A program made the position numbers and the translations under genes. A stretch of 64,000 nucleotides of DNA from Eledone cirrhosa (taxonomy: Eukaryota): assembly GCA_964016885.1 (NCBI GenBank), contig OZ024745.1, forward strand, positions 35,712,001-35,776,000. Reading direction: 5' to 3'. The notes under the pieces are model-generated. The model had not been told where the DNA came from, made no database searches, and saw only the letters and a list, made by a program, of their open reading frames with translations. Shown here piece by piece: positions 12,201 through 26,100 of this stretch (position 1 is the stretch's first letter; every line of letters starts with the position of its first letter).

Positions 12201-15200
12201 TGTCAGTGGTGGTTGTGTCAGTGGTGGTAGTGTCAGTGGTGGTAGTGTCAGTGGTGGTTGTGTCAGTCGTGGTAGTGTCAGTGGTGGTAGTGTCAGTGGT
12301 GGTAGTGTCAGTGGTGGTAGTGTTAGTGGTTGTAGCGTCAGTGGTGGTAGTGTCAGTGGTGGTAGTGTCAGTGGTGGTAGTGTCAGTGGTGGTTGTGTCA
12401 GTGGTGGTTGTGTCAGTGGTGGTAGTGTCAGTGGTGGTAGTGTCAGTGGTGGTAGTGTCAGTGGTGGTAGTGTCAGTGGTGGTTGTGTCAGTGGTGGTTG
12501 TGTCAGTGGTGGTAGTGTCAGTGGTGGTAGTGTCAGTGGTGGTAGTGTCAGTGGTGGTAGTGTCAGAGGTGGTAGTGTCAGTGGTGGTAGTGTCAGTGGT
12601 GGTTGTGTCAGTGGTGGTAGTGTCAGTGGTGGTAGTGTTAGTGGTGGTAGTATCAGTGGTGGTAGTGTTAGTGGTGGTAGTGTCAGTGGTGGTAGTGTTA
12701 GTGGTGGTAGTGTCAGTGGTGGTTGTGTCAGTGGTGGTAGTGTCAGTGGTGGTAGTGTCAGTGGTGGTAGTGTCAGTGGTGGTAGTGTCAGAGGTGGTAG
12801 TGTCAGTGGTGGTAGTGTCAGTGGTGGTAGTGATAGTGGTGGTAGTGTCAGTGGTGGTAGTGTCAGTGGTGATAGTGTCAGTGGTGGTTGTGTCAGTGGT
12901 GGTAGTGTCAGTGGTGGTAGTGTCAATGGTGGTAGTGATAGTGGTGGTAGTGTCAGTGGTGGTAGTGATAGTGGTGGTAGTGTCAGTGGTGGTAGTGTCA
13001 GTGGTGGTAGAGTCAGTGGTGGTAGTGTCAGTGGTGGTAGTGTCAGTGGTGGTAGTGTCAGTGGTGGTAGTGATAGTGGTGGTAGTGTCAGTGGTGGTAG
13101 TGTCAGTGGTGGTAGTGTCAGTGGTGGTTGTGTCAGTGGTGGTAGTGTCAGTGGTGGTAGTGTCAATGGTGGTAGTGATAGTGGTGGTAGTGTCAGTGGT
13201 GGTAGTGATAGTGGTGGTAGTGTCAGTGGTGGTAGTGTCAGTGGTGGTAGTGTCAGTGGTGGTAGTGTCAGTGGTGGTTGTGTCAGTGGTGGTTGTGTCA
13301 GTGGTGGTAGTGTCAGTGGTGGTAGTGTCAGTGGTGGTAGTGTCAGTGGTGGTAGTGTCAGAGGTGGTAGTGTCAGTGGTGGTAGTGTCAGTGGTGGTAG
13401 TGATAGTGGTGGTAGTGTCAGTGGTGGTAGTGTCAGTGGTGGTAGTGTCAGTGGTGGTTGTGTCAGTGGTGGTAGTGTCAGTGGTGGTAGTGTCAATGGT
13501 GGTAGTGATAGTGGTGGTAGTGTCAGTGGTGGTAGTGATAGTGGTGGTAGTGTCAGTGGTGGTAGTGTCAGTGGTGGTAGAGTCAGTGGTGGTAGTGTCA
13601 GTGGTGGTAGTGTCAGTGGTGGTAGTGTCAATGGTGGTAGTGTCAGTGGTTGTAGTGTTAGTGGTGGTAGTGTCAGTGGTGGTAGTGTCAGTGGTGGTAG
13701 TGTCAGTGGTGGTTGTGTCAGTGGTGGTAGTGTCAGTGGTGGTAGTGTCAGTGGTGGTTGTGTCAGTGGTGGTAGTGTCAGTGGTGGTTGTGTCAGTGGT
13801 GGTAGTGTCAGTGGTGGTAGTGTCAGTGGTGGTTGTGTCAGTAGTGGTAGTGTCAGTGATGGTAGTATCAGTGGTGGTAGTGTCAGTGGTGGTAGTGTCA
13901 GTGGTGGTAGTGTCAGTGGTGGTTGTGTCAGTGGTGGTTGTGTCAGTGGTGGTTGTGTCAGTGGTGGTTGTGTCAGTGGTAGTAGTATCAGTGATGGTAG
14001 TATCAGTGGTGGTTGTGTCAGTGGTGGTAGTGTCAGTGGTGGTAGTGTCAGTGGTGGTAGTGTCAGTGGTGGTAGTGTCAGTGGTGGTTGTGTCAGTGGT
14101 GGTTGTGTCAGTGGTGGTAGTGTCAGTGGTGGTAGTATCAGTGATGGTAGTATCAGTGGTGGTAGTGTCAGTGGTGGTAGTGTCAGTGGTGGTAGTGTCA
14201 GTGGTGGTAGTGTCAGTGGTGGTAGTGTCAGTGGTGGTAGTGTCAGTGGTGGTAGTGTCAGTGGTGGTAGTGTCAGTGGTGGTAGTGTCACTGGTGGTAG
14301 TGTCAGTGGTGGTGTGTCAGTGGTGGTAGTATCAGTGGTGGTAGTGTCAGTAGTGGTAGTGTCATTGGTGGTAGTGTCAGTGGTGGTAGTGTCAGTGGTG
14401 GTAGTGTCAGTGGTGGTAGTGTCAGTGGTGGTGTGTCAGTGGTGGTAGTGTCAGTGGTGGTAGTGTCAGTAGTGGTAGTGTCATTGGTGGTAGTGTCAGT
14501 GGTGGTAGTGTCAGTGGTGGTAGTGTCAGTGGTGGTAGTGTCAGTGGTGGTGTGTCAGTGGTGGTAGTGTCAGTGGTGGTGTGTCAGTGGTGGTAGTGTC
14601 AGTGGTGGTAGTGTCACTGGTGGTAGTGTCAGTGGTGGTAGTGTCAGTGGTGGTAGTGTCAGTGGTGGTAGTGTCAGTAGTGGTAGTGTCATTGGTGGTA
14701 GTGTCAGTGGTGGTAGTGTCATTGGTGGTAGTGTCAGTGGTGGTTGTGTCAGTGGTGGTAGTGTCAGTGGTGGTTGTGTCAGTGGTGGTTGTGTCAGTGG
14801 TGGTAGTGTCAGTGGTGGTAGTGTCAGTGGTGGTTGTGTCAGTGGTGGTAGTGTCAGTGGTGGTAGTGTCAGTGGTGGTTGTGTCAGTGGTGGTAGTGTC
14901 AGTGATGGTTGTGTCAGGGGTGACAATGTCAGTGGTGGTAGTGTCAATGGTGGTAGTGTCAGTGGTTGTAGTGTCAGTGGTGGTTGTGTCAGTGGTGGTA
15001 GTGTCAGTGGTGGTAGTGTCAGTGGTGGTAGTGTCAGTGGTGGTAGTGTCTGAGGTGGTAGTGTCAGTGGTGGTAGTGTCAGTGGTGGTAGTGTCAGTGG
15101 TGGTTGTGTCAGTGGTGGTAGTGTCAGTGGTGGTAGTGTCAGTGGTGGTTGTGTCAGTGGTGGTAGTGTCAGTGATGGTAGTATCAGTGGTGGTAGTGTC

Positions 15201-18200
15201 AGTGGTGGTAGTGTCAGTGGTGGTAGTGTCAGTGGTGGTTGTGTCAGTGGTGGTTGGGTCAGTGGTGGTTGTGTCAGTGGTGGTTGTGTCAGTGGTGGTA
15301 GTATCAGTGATGGTAGTATCAGTGGTGGTAGTGTCAGTGGTGGTAGTGTCAGTGGTGGTAGTGTCAGTGGTGGTAGTGTCAGTGGTGGTAGTGTCAGTGG
15401 TGGTAGTGTCAGTGGTGGTTGTGTCAGTGGTGGTTGTGTCAGTGGTGGTAGTGTCAGTGGTGGTAGTATCAGTGATGGTAGTATCAGTGGTGGTAGTGTC
15501 AGTGGTGGTAATGTCAGTGGTGGTAGTGTCAGTGGTGGTAGTGTCAGTGGTGGTAGTGTCAGTGGTGGTAGTGTCAGTGGTGGTAGTGTCAGTGGTGGTA
15601 GTGTCAGTGGTGGTAGTGTCAGTGGTGGTAGTGTCAGTCGGTGGTAGTGTCAGTGGTGGTAGTGTCAGTGGTGGTCGTGTCAGTGGTGGTAGTGTCAGTG
15701 GTGGTAGTGTCAGTGGTGGTAGTGTCAGTGGTGGTAGTGTCGTGGTGGTAGTGTCAGTGGTGGTAGTGTCGGTGGTGGTAGTGTCAGTGGTGGTAGTGTC
15801 AGTGGTGGTTGTGTCAGTGGTGGTTGTGTCAGTGGTGGTTGTGTCTGTGGTGGTAGTGTCAGTGGTGGTAGTGTCAGTGGTGGCAATGTCAGTGGTGGTA
15901 GTGTCAGTGGTGGCAATGTAAGTGGTGGTAATGTCAGTGGTGGTAGTGTCAGTGGTGGTAGTGTCAGTGGTGGTAGTGTCGCTGGTGGTAGTGTCAGTGG
16001 TTGTAGTGTCAGTGGTGGCAATGTCAGTGGTGGTAATGTCAGTGGTTGCAATGTAAGTGGTGGTAGTGTCAGTGGTGGTAGTGTCAGTGGTGGCATTGTC
16101 AGTGGTGGTAGTGTCAGTGGTGGTAGTGTCAGTGGTGGTAATGTCAGTGGTGGCAATGTAAGTGGTGGTAGTGTCAGTGGTGGTAGTGATATTGGTGGTA
16201 GTGTCAGTGGTGCTAGTGTCAGTGGTGGTAGTGTCAGTGGTGGTAGTGTCAGAGGTGGTAATGTCAGTGGTGGTAGTGTCAGTGGTGGTAGTGTCAGTGG
16301 TGGTAATGTCACTGGTGGCAATGTAAGTGGTGGTAGTGTCAGTGGTGGTAGTGTCAGTGGTGGTAGTGTCAGAGGTGGTAGTGTCAGTGGTGGTAGTGTC
16401 AGTGGTGGTAGTGTCAGTGGTGGTTGTGTCAGTGGTGGTAGTGTCAGTGGTGGTAGTGTCAGTGGTGGTTGTGTCAGTGGTGGTAGTGTCAGTGGTGGTA
16501 GTGTCAGTGGTGGTAGTGTCAGTGGTGGTAGTGTCAGCGGTGGTAGTGTCAGTGGTGGTTGTGTCAGTGGTGGTTGTGTCAGTGGTGGTAGTTGTAGTGG
16601 TGGTAGTGTCAGTGGTGGTAGTGTCAGTGGTGGTAGTGTCAGTGGTGGTAGTATCAGTGGTGGTAGTGTCAGTGGTGGTTGTGTCAGTGGTGGTAGTGTC
16701 AGTGGTGGTAGTGTCAGTGGTGGTTGTGTCAGTGGTGGTTATGTCAGTGGTGGTAGTGTCAGTGGTGGTAGTGTCAGTGGTGGTAGTGTCAGTGGTGGTA
16801 GTGTCAGTGGTGGTAATGTCAGTGTTGACAATGTCAGTGGTGGTAGTGTCAGTGGTGGCAATGTCAGTGGTGGTAGTGTCAGTGGTGGCAATGTAAGTGG
16901 TGGTAATGTCAGTGGTGGTAGTGTCAGTGGTGGTAGTGTCAGTGGTGGTAGTGTCAGTGGTGGTTGTGTCGGTGGTGGTAGTGTCAGTGGTGGTAGTGTC
17001 AGTGGTGGCAATGTCAGTGGTGGTAATGTCAGTGGTGGCAATGTAAGTGGTGGTAGTGTGAGTGGTGGTAGTGTCAGTGGTGGTTGTGTCAGTGGTGGTA
17101 GTGTCAGTGGTGGTAGTGCCAGTGTTGGTAGTGTCAGTGGTGGTAGTGTCAGTGCTGGTAGTGTCAGTGGTGGTAGTGTTAGTGGTGGTAGTGTCAGTGG
17201 TGGTTGTGTCAGTGGTGGTAGTGTCAGTGGTGGTAGTGTCAGTGGTGGTAGTGTCAGTGGTGGTAGTGTCAGAGGTGGTAGTGTCAGTGGTGGTAGTGTC
17301 AGTGGTGGTAGTGATAGTGGTGGTAGTGTCAGTGGTGGTAGTGTCAGTGGTGGTAGTGTCAGTGGTGGTTGTGTCAGTGGTGGTAGTGTCAGTGGTGGTA
17401 GTGTCAATGGTGGTAATGATAGTGGTGGTAGTGTCAGTGGTGGTAGTGATAGTGGTGGTAGTGTCAGTGGTGGTAGTGTCAGTGGTGGTAGAGTCAGTGG
17501 TGGTAGTGTCAGTGGTGGTAGTGTTAGTGGTGGTAGTATCAGTGGTGGTAGTGTCAGTGGTGGTAGTGTCAGTGGTGGTAGTGTTAGTGGTGGTAGTGTC
17601 AGTGGTGGTTGTGTCAGTGGTGGTAGTGTCAGTGGTGGTAGTGTCAGTGGTGGTAGTGTCAGTGGTGGTATTGTCAGAGGTGGTAGTGTCAGTGGTGGTA
17701 GTGTCAGTGGTGGTAGTGATAGTGGTGGTAGTGTCAGTGGTGGTAGTGTCAGTGGTGGTAGTGTCAGTGGTGGTTGTGTCAGTGGTGGTAGTGTCAGTGG
17801 TGGTAGTGTCAATGGTGGTAGTGATAGTGGTGGTAGTGTCAGTGGTGGTAGTGATAGTGGTGGTAGTGTCAGTGGTGGTAGTGTCAGTTGTGGTAGAGTC
17901 AGTGGTGGTAGTGTCAGTGGTGGTAGTGTCAGTGGTGGTAGTGTCAATGGTGGTAGTGTCAGTGGTTGTAGTGTTAGTGGTGGTAGTGTCAGTGGTGGTA
18001 GTGTCAGTGGTGGTAGTGTCAGTGGTGGTTGTGTCAGTGGTGGTAGTGTCAGTGGTGGTAGTGTCAGTGGTGGTAGTGTCAGTGGTTGTAGTGTCAGTGG
18101 TGGTAGTGTCAGTGGTGGTAGTGTCAGTGGTGGTAGTGTCAGGGGTGACAATGTCAGTGGTGGTAGTGTCAATGGTGGTAGTGTCAGTGGTTGTAGTGTC

Positions 18201-21200
18201 AGTGGTGGTAGTGTCAGTGGTGGTAGTGTCAGTGGTGGTTGTGTCAGTGGTGGTAGTGTCAGTGGTGGTAGTGTCAGTGGTGGTAGTGTCAGTGGTGGTT
18301 GTGTCAGTGGTGGTAGTGTCAGTGGTGGTAGTGTCAGTGGTGGTAGTGTCAGGGGTGACAATGTCAGTGGTGGTAGTGTCAATGGTGGTAGTGTCAGTGG
18401 TTGTAGTGTCAGTGGTGGTTGTGTCAGTGGTGGTAGTGTCAGTGGTGGTAGTGTCAGTGGTGGTAGTGTCAGTGGTGGTAGTGTCTGAGGTGGTAGTGTC
18501 AGTGGTGGTAGTGTCAGTGGTGGAAGTGTCAGTGGTGGTTGTGTCAGTGGTGGTAGTGTCAGTGGTGGTAGTGTCAGTGGTGGTTGTGTCAGTGGTGGTA
18601 GTGTCAGTGATGGTAGTATCAGTGGTGGTAGTGTCAGTGGTGGTAGTGTCAGTGGTGGTAGTGTCAGTGGTGGTTGTGTCAGTGGTGGTTGTGTCAGTGG
18701 TGGTTGTGTCAGTGGTGTTTGTGTCAGTGGTGGTAGTATCAGTGATGGTAGTATCAGTGGTGGTAGTGTCAGTGGTGGTAGTGTCAGTGGTGGTAGTGTC
18801 AGTGGTGGTAGTGTCAGTGGTGGTAGTGACAGTGGTGGTAGTGTCAGTGGTGGTTGTGTCAGTGGTGGTTGTGTCAGTGGTGGTAGTGTCAGTGGTGGTA
18901 GTATCAGTGATGGTAGTATCAGTGGTGGTAGTGTCAGTGGTGGTAGTGTCAGTGGTGGTAGTGTCAGTGGTGGTAGTGTCAGTGGTGGTAGTGTCAGTGG
19001 TGGTAGTGTCAGTGGTGGTAGTGTCAGTGGTGGTAGTGTCAGTGGTGGTAGTGTCAGTTGGTGGTAGTGTCAGTGGTGGTAGTGTCAGTGGTGGTCGTGT
19101 CAGTGGTGGTAGTGTCAGTGGTGGTAGTGTCAGTGGTGGTAGTGTCAGTGGTGGTAGTGTCGTGGTGGTAGTGTCAGTGGTGGTAGTGTCGGTGGTGGTA
19201 GTGTCAGTGGTGGTAGTGTCAGTGGTGGTTGTGTCAGTGGTGGTTGTGTCAGTGGTGGTTGTGTCTGTGGTGGTAGTGTCAGTGGTGGTAGTGTCAGTGG
19301 TGGCAATGTCAGTGGTGGTAGTGTCAGTGGTGGCAATGTAAGTGGTGGTAATGTCAGTGGTGGTAGTGTCAGTGGTGGTAGTGTCAGTGGTGGTAGTGTC
19401 GGTGGTGGTAGTGTCAGTGGTGGTAGTGTCAGTGGTGGCAATGTCAGTGGTGGTAATGTCAGTGGTTGCAATGTAAGTGGTGGTAGTGTCAGTGGTGGTA
19501 GTGTCAGTGGTGGCATTGTCAGTGGTGGTAGTGTCAGTGGTGGTAGTGTCAGTGGTGGTAATGTCAGTGGTGGCAATGTAAGTGGTGGTAGTGTCAGTGG
19601 TGGTAGTGATATTGGTGGTAGTGTCAGTGGTGCTAGTGTCAGTGGTGGTAGTGTCAGTGGTGGTAGTGTCAGAGGTGGTAATGTCAGTGGTGGTAGTGTC
19701 AGTGGTGGTAGTGTCAGTGGTGGTAATGTCAGTGGTGGCAATGTAAGTGGTGGTAGTGTCAGTGGTGGTAGTGTCAGTGGTGGTAGTGTCAGAGGTGGTA
19801 GTGTCAGTGGTGGTAGTGTCAGTGGTGGTAGTGTCAGTGGTGGTTGTGTCAGTGGTGGTAGTGTCAGTGGTGGTAGTGTCAGTGGTGGTTGTGTCAGTGG
19901 TGGTAGTGTCAGTGGTGGTAGTGTCAGTGGTGGTAGTGTCAGTGGTGGTAGTGTCAGTGGTGGTAGTGTCAGAGGTGGTAGTGTCAGTGGTGGTAGTGTC
20001 AGTGGTGGTAGTGTCAGTGGTGGTTGTGTCAGTGGTGGTAGTGTCAGTGGTGGTAGTGTCAGTGGTGGTTGTGTCAGTGGTGGTAGTGTCAGTGGTGGTA
20101 GTGTCAGTGGTGGTAGTGTCAGTGGTGGTAGTGTCAGTGGTGGTAGTGTCAGTGGTGGTTGTGTCAGTGGTGGTAGTGTCAGTGGTGGTAGTGTCAGTGG
20201 TGGTAGTGTCAGTGGTGGTAGTGTCAGAGGTGGTAGTGTCAGTGGTGGTAGTGTCAGTGGTGGTAGTGATAGTGGTGGTAGTGTCAGTGGTGGTAGTGTC
20301 AGTGGTGGTAGTGTCAGTGGTGGTTGTGTCAGTGGTGGTAGTGTCAGTGGTGGTAGTGTCAATGGTGGTAGTGATAGTGGTGGTAGTGTCAGTGGTGGTA
20401 GTGATAGTGGTGGTAGTGTCAGTGGTGGTAGTGTCAGTGGTGGTAGAGTCAGTGGTGGTAGTGTCAGTGGTGGTAGTGTCAGTGGTGGTAGTGTCAATGG
20501 TGGTAGTGTCAGTGGTTGTAGTGTTAGTGGTGGTAGTGTCAGTGGTGGTAGTGTCAGTGGTGGTAGTGTCAGTGGTGGTTGTGTCAGTGGTGGTAGTGTC
20601 AGTGGTGGTAGTGTCAGTGGTGGTAGTGTCAGTGGTGGTAGTGTCAGTGGTGGTAGTGTCAGTGGTGGTAGTGTCAGTGGTGGTAGTGTCAGGGGTGACA
20701 ATGTCAGTGGTGGTAGTGTCAATGGTGGTAGTGTCAGTGGTTGTAGTGTCAGTGGTGGTAGTGTCAGTGGTGGTAGTGTCAGTGGTGGTTGTGTCAGTGG
20801 TGGTAGTGTCAGTGGTGGTAGTGTCAGTGGTGGTTGTGTCAGTGGTGGTAGTGTCAGTGGTGGTAGTGTCAGTGGTGGTAGTGTCAGGGGTGACAATGTC
20901 AGTGGTGGTAGTGTCAATGGTGGTAGTGTCAGTGGTTGTAGTGTCAGTGGTGGTAGTGTCAGTGGTGGTAGTGTCAGTGGTGGTAGTGTCAGTGGTGGTA
21001 GTGTCAGTGGTGGTAGTGTCAGTGGTGGTAGTGTCAATGGTGGTAGTGTCAGTGGTGGTAGTGTCAGTGCTGGTAGTGTCAGTGGTGGTAGTGTCAGTGG
21101 TGGTAGTGTCAGTGGTGGTAGTGTCTGAGGTGGTAGTGTCAGTGGTGGTAGTGTCAGTGGTGGTAGTGTCAGTGGTGGTTGTGTCAGTGGTGGTAGTGTC

Positions 21201-22800
21201 AGTGGTGGTAGTGTCAGTGGTGGTTGTGTCAGTGGTGGTTGTGTCAGTGGTGGTAGTGTCAGTGGTGGTAGTGTCAGTGGTGGTAGTGTCAGGGGTGACA
21301 ATGTCAGTGGTGGTAGTGTCAATGGTGGTATTGTCAGTGGTTGTAGTGTCAGTGGTGGTTGTGTCAGTGGTGGTAGTGTCAGTGGTGGTAGTGTCAGTGG
21401 TGGTAGTGTCAGTGGTGGTAGTGTCAGTGGTGGTAGTGTCAATGGTGGTAGTGTCAGTGGTGGTAGTGTCAGTGGTGGTAGTGTCAGTGGTGGTAGTGTC
21501 AGTGGTGGTAGTGTCAGTGGTGGTAGTGTCTGAGGTGGTAGTGTCAGTGGTGGTAGTGTCAGTGGTGGTAGTGTCAGTGGTGGTTGTGTCAGTGGTGGTA
21601 GTGTCAGTGGTGGTAGTGTCAGTGGTGGTTGTGTCAGTGGTGGTAGTGTCAGTGATGGTAGTATCAGTGGTGGTAGTGTCAGTGGTGGTAGTGTCAGTGG
21701 TGGTAGTGTCAGTGGTGGTTGTGTCAGTGGTGGTTGTGTCAGTGGTGGTTGTGTCAGTGGTGGTTGTGTCAGTGGTGGTAGTATCAGTGATGGTAGTATC
21801 AGTGGTGGTAGTGTCAGTGGTGGTAGTGTCAGTGGTGGTAGTGTCAGTGGTGGTAGTGTCAGTGGTGGTAGTGTCAGTGGTGGTAGTGTCAGTGGTGGCA
21901 ATGTCAGTGGTGGTAGTGTCAGTGGTGGCAATGTAAGTGGTGGTAATGTCAGTGGTGGTAGTGTCAGTGGTGGTAGTGTCAGTGGTGGTAGTGTCAGTGG
22001 TGGTTGTGTCGGTGGTGGTAGTGTCAGTGGTGGTAGTGTCAGTGGTGGCAATGTCAGTGGTGGTAATGTCAGTGGTGGCAATGTAAGTGGTGGTAGTGTC
22101 AGTGGTGGTAGTGTCAGTGGTGGCATTGTCAGTGGTGGTAGTGTCAGTGGTGGTAGTGCCAGTGGTGGTAGTGTCAGTGGTGGTAGTGTCAGTGTTGGTA
22201 GTGTCAGTGGTGGTAGTGTCAGTGCTGGTAGTGTCAGTGGTGGTAGTGTCAGTGGTGGTAGTGTCAGTGGTGGTAGTGTCAGTGGTGGTAGTGTCGGTGG
22301 TGGTAGTGTCAGTGGTGATAGTGTCGGTGGTGGTAGTGTCAGTGGTGATAGTGTCGGTGGTGGTAGTGTCAGTGGTGGTAGTGTCGGTGGTGGTAGTGTC
22401 AGTGGTGATAGTGTCGGTGGTGGTATTGTCAGTGGTGGTAGTGTCGGTGGTGGTAGTGTCAGTGGTGATAGTGTCGGTGGTGGTAGTGTCAGTGGTGATA
22501 GTGTCGGTGGTGGTAGTGTCAGTGGTGGTAGTGTCAGTGGTGGTAGTGTCAGTGGTGGTAGTGTCAGTGGTGGTAGTGTCGGTGGTGGTAGTGTCAGTGG
22601 TGGTAGTGTCAGTGGTGGTAGTGTCAGTGGTGGTAGTGTCAGTGGTGGTAGTGTCAGTGGTGGTAGTGTCAGTGGTGGTAGTGTCAGTGGTGGTAGTGTC
22701 AGTGGTGGTAGTGTCAGTGGTGGTAGTGTCAGTGGTGGTAGTGTCAGTGGTGGTAGTGTCAGTGGTGGTAGTGTTAGTGGTGGTAGTGTCAGTGGTGGTA
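6270..22800. repeat. ~16.5-kb satellite of 15-bp unit AGTGGTGGTAGTGTC (~1100 copies)
   Basis: Unit read directly. Point variants (ggttgt, gatagt, ggcaatgta, aggggtgacaat) and 13-bp deletion units recur in blocks. Confidence 0.98.
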
Positions 22801-23159
22801 GAGGCACTAATGTTATTATCCCTAATGTTGTACTTGGTGTTATCAATGTTGTGGTGGTGGATATTATGATGTAAGTGCCGGTATTGTTGTTGATACAGTT
22901 GTTAGTGTTAGTGGAGGTGATAATGAAAATTGCTGTTATATCCATTGATAGTGTTGTGAGTGTTGTTGGTGATTGTATTGGTATTGTTATAGTTACAGGT
23001 GTTGTTATAGTTAGAGGTGTTGTTATAGTTAGAGGTGTTGTTATAGTTAGAGGTGTTGTTATACTTAGATGTTATACTTAGATGTACTGCTGTTGTGAGC
23101 GTTGCCGGTGTTTTTATTGGCGGTACTGTTGTTAATGGTGATAGTGTGGTGTTATTATT

Positions 23160-26100
23160 GTGGTGGTGGTGGTGGTGGTGTCTGTGGTATTTTTGTTGGA
23201 TGTGGCGGTAGTGTTGGTGGTGTTGGTGGTGTTGTTGTTGGATGTGGTGGTGGTGTTGTTCGATGTGGTGTTGGTGATGTTGGATGTGGTGGTGGTGTTG
23301 TTGGATGTGGTGGTGATGTTGGTGGTGTTGTTGGATGTGGTGGTGGTGGTGTTGTTAGATGTTTTGGTGGTGGTGTTGGTGGTGTTGGAAGTGGTGGTGG
23401 TGGTGTTGAATGTGGTGGTGGTGTTGGTGTTGTTGTTTTGGATGTGGTGGTGGTGGTGTTCGATGTGGTGTTGGTGGTGTTGGATGTGGTGATGGTGTTG
23501 TTGGATGTAGTGGTGGTGTTGTTGGATGTAGTGGTGTTGGTGGTGTTGGTGGTGGTGTTGGTGGTGTTGTTGTTGGATGTGGTGGTGGTGGTGTTCGATG
23601 TGGTGTTGGTGGTGTTGGATGTGGTGATGGTGTTGTTGGATGTGGTGGTGGTGGTGTTGGTGGTGTTGTTGGATGTGGTGTTGGTGTTGGTGGTGCTGGT
23701 GTTGTTGTTGGATGTGGTGGCGGTGGTGTTCGATCTGGTGTTGGTGGTGTTGGATTTGGTGGTGGTGTTGGTGGTATTGTTGTTAGATGTGGTGGTGGTG
23801 TTGGTGGTATTGTTGTTAGATGTGATGGTGGTGTTAATGGTATGGTTGTTAGATGTAGTGGTGGTGTTAGTGGTATTGTTGTTAGATGTGGTGGTGGTGT
23901 TGGTGGTATTGTTGTTAGATGTGGTGGTGGTGTTGGTGGTATTGTTGTTAGATGTGGTGTTAGTGGTATTGTTGTTAGATGTGGTGGTGGTGTTGGTGGT
24001 ATTGTTGTTAGATGTGGTGTTAGTGGTATTGTTGTTAGATGTGGTGGTGGTGTTGATGGTATTGTTGTTCGATGTGGTGGTGGTGTTGGTGGTATTGTTG
24101 TTAGATGTGGTGGTGGTGTTAGTGGTATTGTTGTTAGATATGGTGGTGGTGGTGTAAGTGGTATTGTTGTTAGATATGGTGGTGGTGTTGGTGGTATTGT
24201 TGTTAGATGTGGTGGTTGTGGTGTTGGTGGTATTGTTGTTAGATACGGTGGTGGTGGTGTTGGTGGTATTGTTGTTAGATGTGGTGGTGGTGTTGGTGGT
24301 GATGTTGGATGTGGTGGTGGTGGTGTTGGTGGTGTTGGTGGTGTTGGAAGTGGTGGTGGTGGTGTTTGTTATGGTGGTGGTGGTGTTGTTGTTTTGGATG
24401 GGGTGGTGGTGGTGGTGGTGTTGTTGGATGTGGTGGCGGTGTTGTTGGAAGTGGTGGTGGTATTGTTGGATGTGGTGGTGGTGTTGTTGGATGTGCTGGT
24501 TGTGGTGTTCGATGTGGTGTTGGTGTTGGTGGTGTTGTTGTTGGATGTGGTGGTGGTGTTGGTGGTGTTGTTGTTGGATGTGGTGGTGGGGTTGTTGGAC
24601 GTGGTGGTGGTGTTGTCGGATGTGGTGGTGGTGTTGGTGGTGTTGTTGTTGAATGTGGTGGTGGTGGTGGTGTTGGATGTGGTGGTATCGTTGTTAGATC
24701 TGGTGGCGGTGGTGTTGGTGGTATTGTTGTCAGATGTGGTGGTAGTGGTGTTGGTGGTATTGTTGTTAGATATGGTGATGGTGGTGTTGGTGATATTGTT
24801 GTTAGATGTGGTGGTGGTGTTAGTGGTATTGTTGTTAGATGTGGTGTTGGTGGTATGTTGTTAGATGTGGCAGTGGTGTTGTTGCTGGTATTGTTGTTAG
24901 ATGTGGTGGTAGTGGTGTTGGTGGTATTGTTGTCAGATGTGGTGGTGGTGTTAGTGGTATTGTTGTTAGATGTGGTGGTGGTGGTGTTGGTGGTATTGTT
25001 GTTAGATGTGGTAGTGGTGGTGTTGGTGGTAGTGGTGGTGTTGTTGGTATTGTTGTTAGATATGGTGGTGGTGGTGTTGGTGGTATTGTTGTCAGATGTG
25101 GTGGTGGTGTTAGTGGTATTGTTGTTAGATGTGGTGGTGGTGGTGTTGGTGGTATTGTTGTTAGATGTGGTGGTGGTGTTAGTGGTATTGTTGTTTGATG
25201 TGGTAGTGGTGGTGTTGGTGGTAGTGGTGGTGTTGTTGGTATTGTTGTTAGATATGGTGGTGGTGGTGTTGGTGGTATTGTTGTCAGATGTGGTGGTGGT
25301 GTTAGTGGTATTGTTGTTAGATGTGGTGGTGGTGGTGTTGGTGGTATTGTTGTTAGATGTGGTGGTGGTGTTGATGGTATTGTTGTTTGATGTGGTAGTG
25401 GTGGTGTTGGTGGTATTGTTGTTAGATGTGGTGGTGGTGGTGTTGGTGGTATTGTTGTTAGATGTGGTGATGGTGTTGGTGGTATTGTTGTTTGATGTGG
25501 TAGTGGTGGTGTTGCTGGTATTGTTGTTAGATGTGGTGGTGGTGTTGTTGCTGGTATTGTTGTTAGATGTGGTGGTGGTGTTGGAGGTGATGTTGGATGT
25601 GGTGGTGGTGGTGTTGGTGGTGTTGGAAGTGGTGGTGGTGGTGTTGGATGTGGTGCTGGTGGTGGTGGTAGTGTTGTCGGATGTGGTGGCGGTGTTGTTG
25701 GATGTGGTGGTGGTGTTGTTGGATGCGGTGGTGGTGTTGTTGGATGTGCTGGTTGTGGTATTGAATGTGGTGTTGGTGTTGGTGGTGTTGTTGTTGGATG
25801 TGGTGGTTGGGTTGTTGGATGTGGTGGTGGTGTTGTCGGATGTGGTGGTGGTGTCGGTGGTGTTGTTGTTGAATGTGGTGGTGGTGGTGTTGGATGTGGT
25901 GGTGGTGTTGTTGGATATGGTGGTGGCGGTGTTGGTGGTATTGTTGTTAGATGTAGTGGTGGTGTTGTTGGTGGTATTGTTCTTAGATGTGGTTGTAGTG
26001 GTGTTGGTGGTATTGTTGTTAGATATGGTGGTGGTGTTGGTGGTATTGTTGTTAGATATGGTGGCGGTGGTGTTGGTGGTATTGTTTTAGATATGATGGT

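Noticed and set aside
6182-22945. Very long ORFs (TLPPL, VVVVS, DTTTT and SGGSV repeats; up to 1266 aa)
   Set aside because: A stop-free 15-bp unit is open in several frames on both strands. 13-bp units shift frames, and there is no signal peptide, unique domain or splice evidence.
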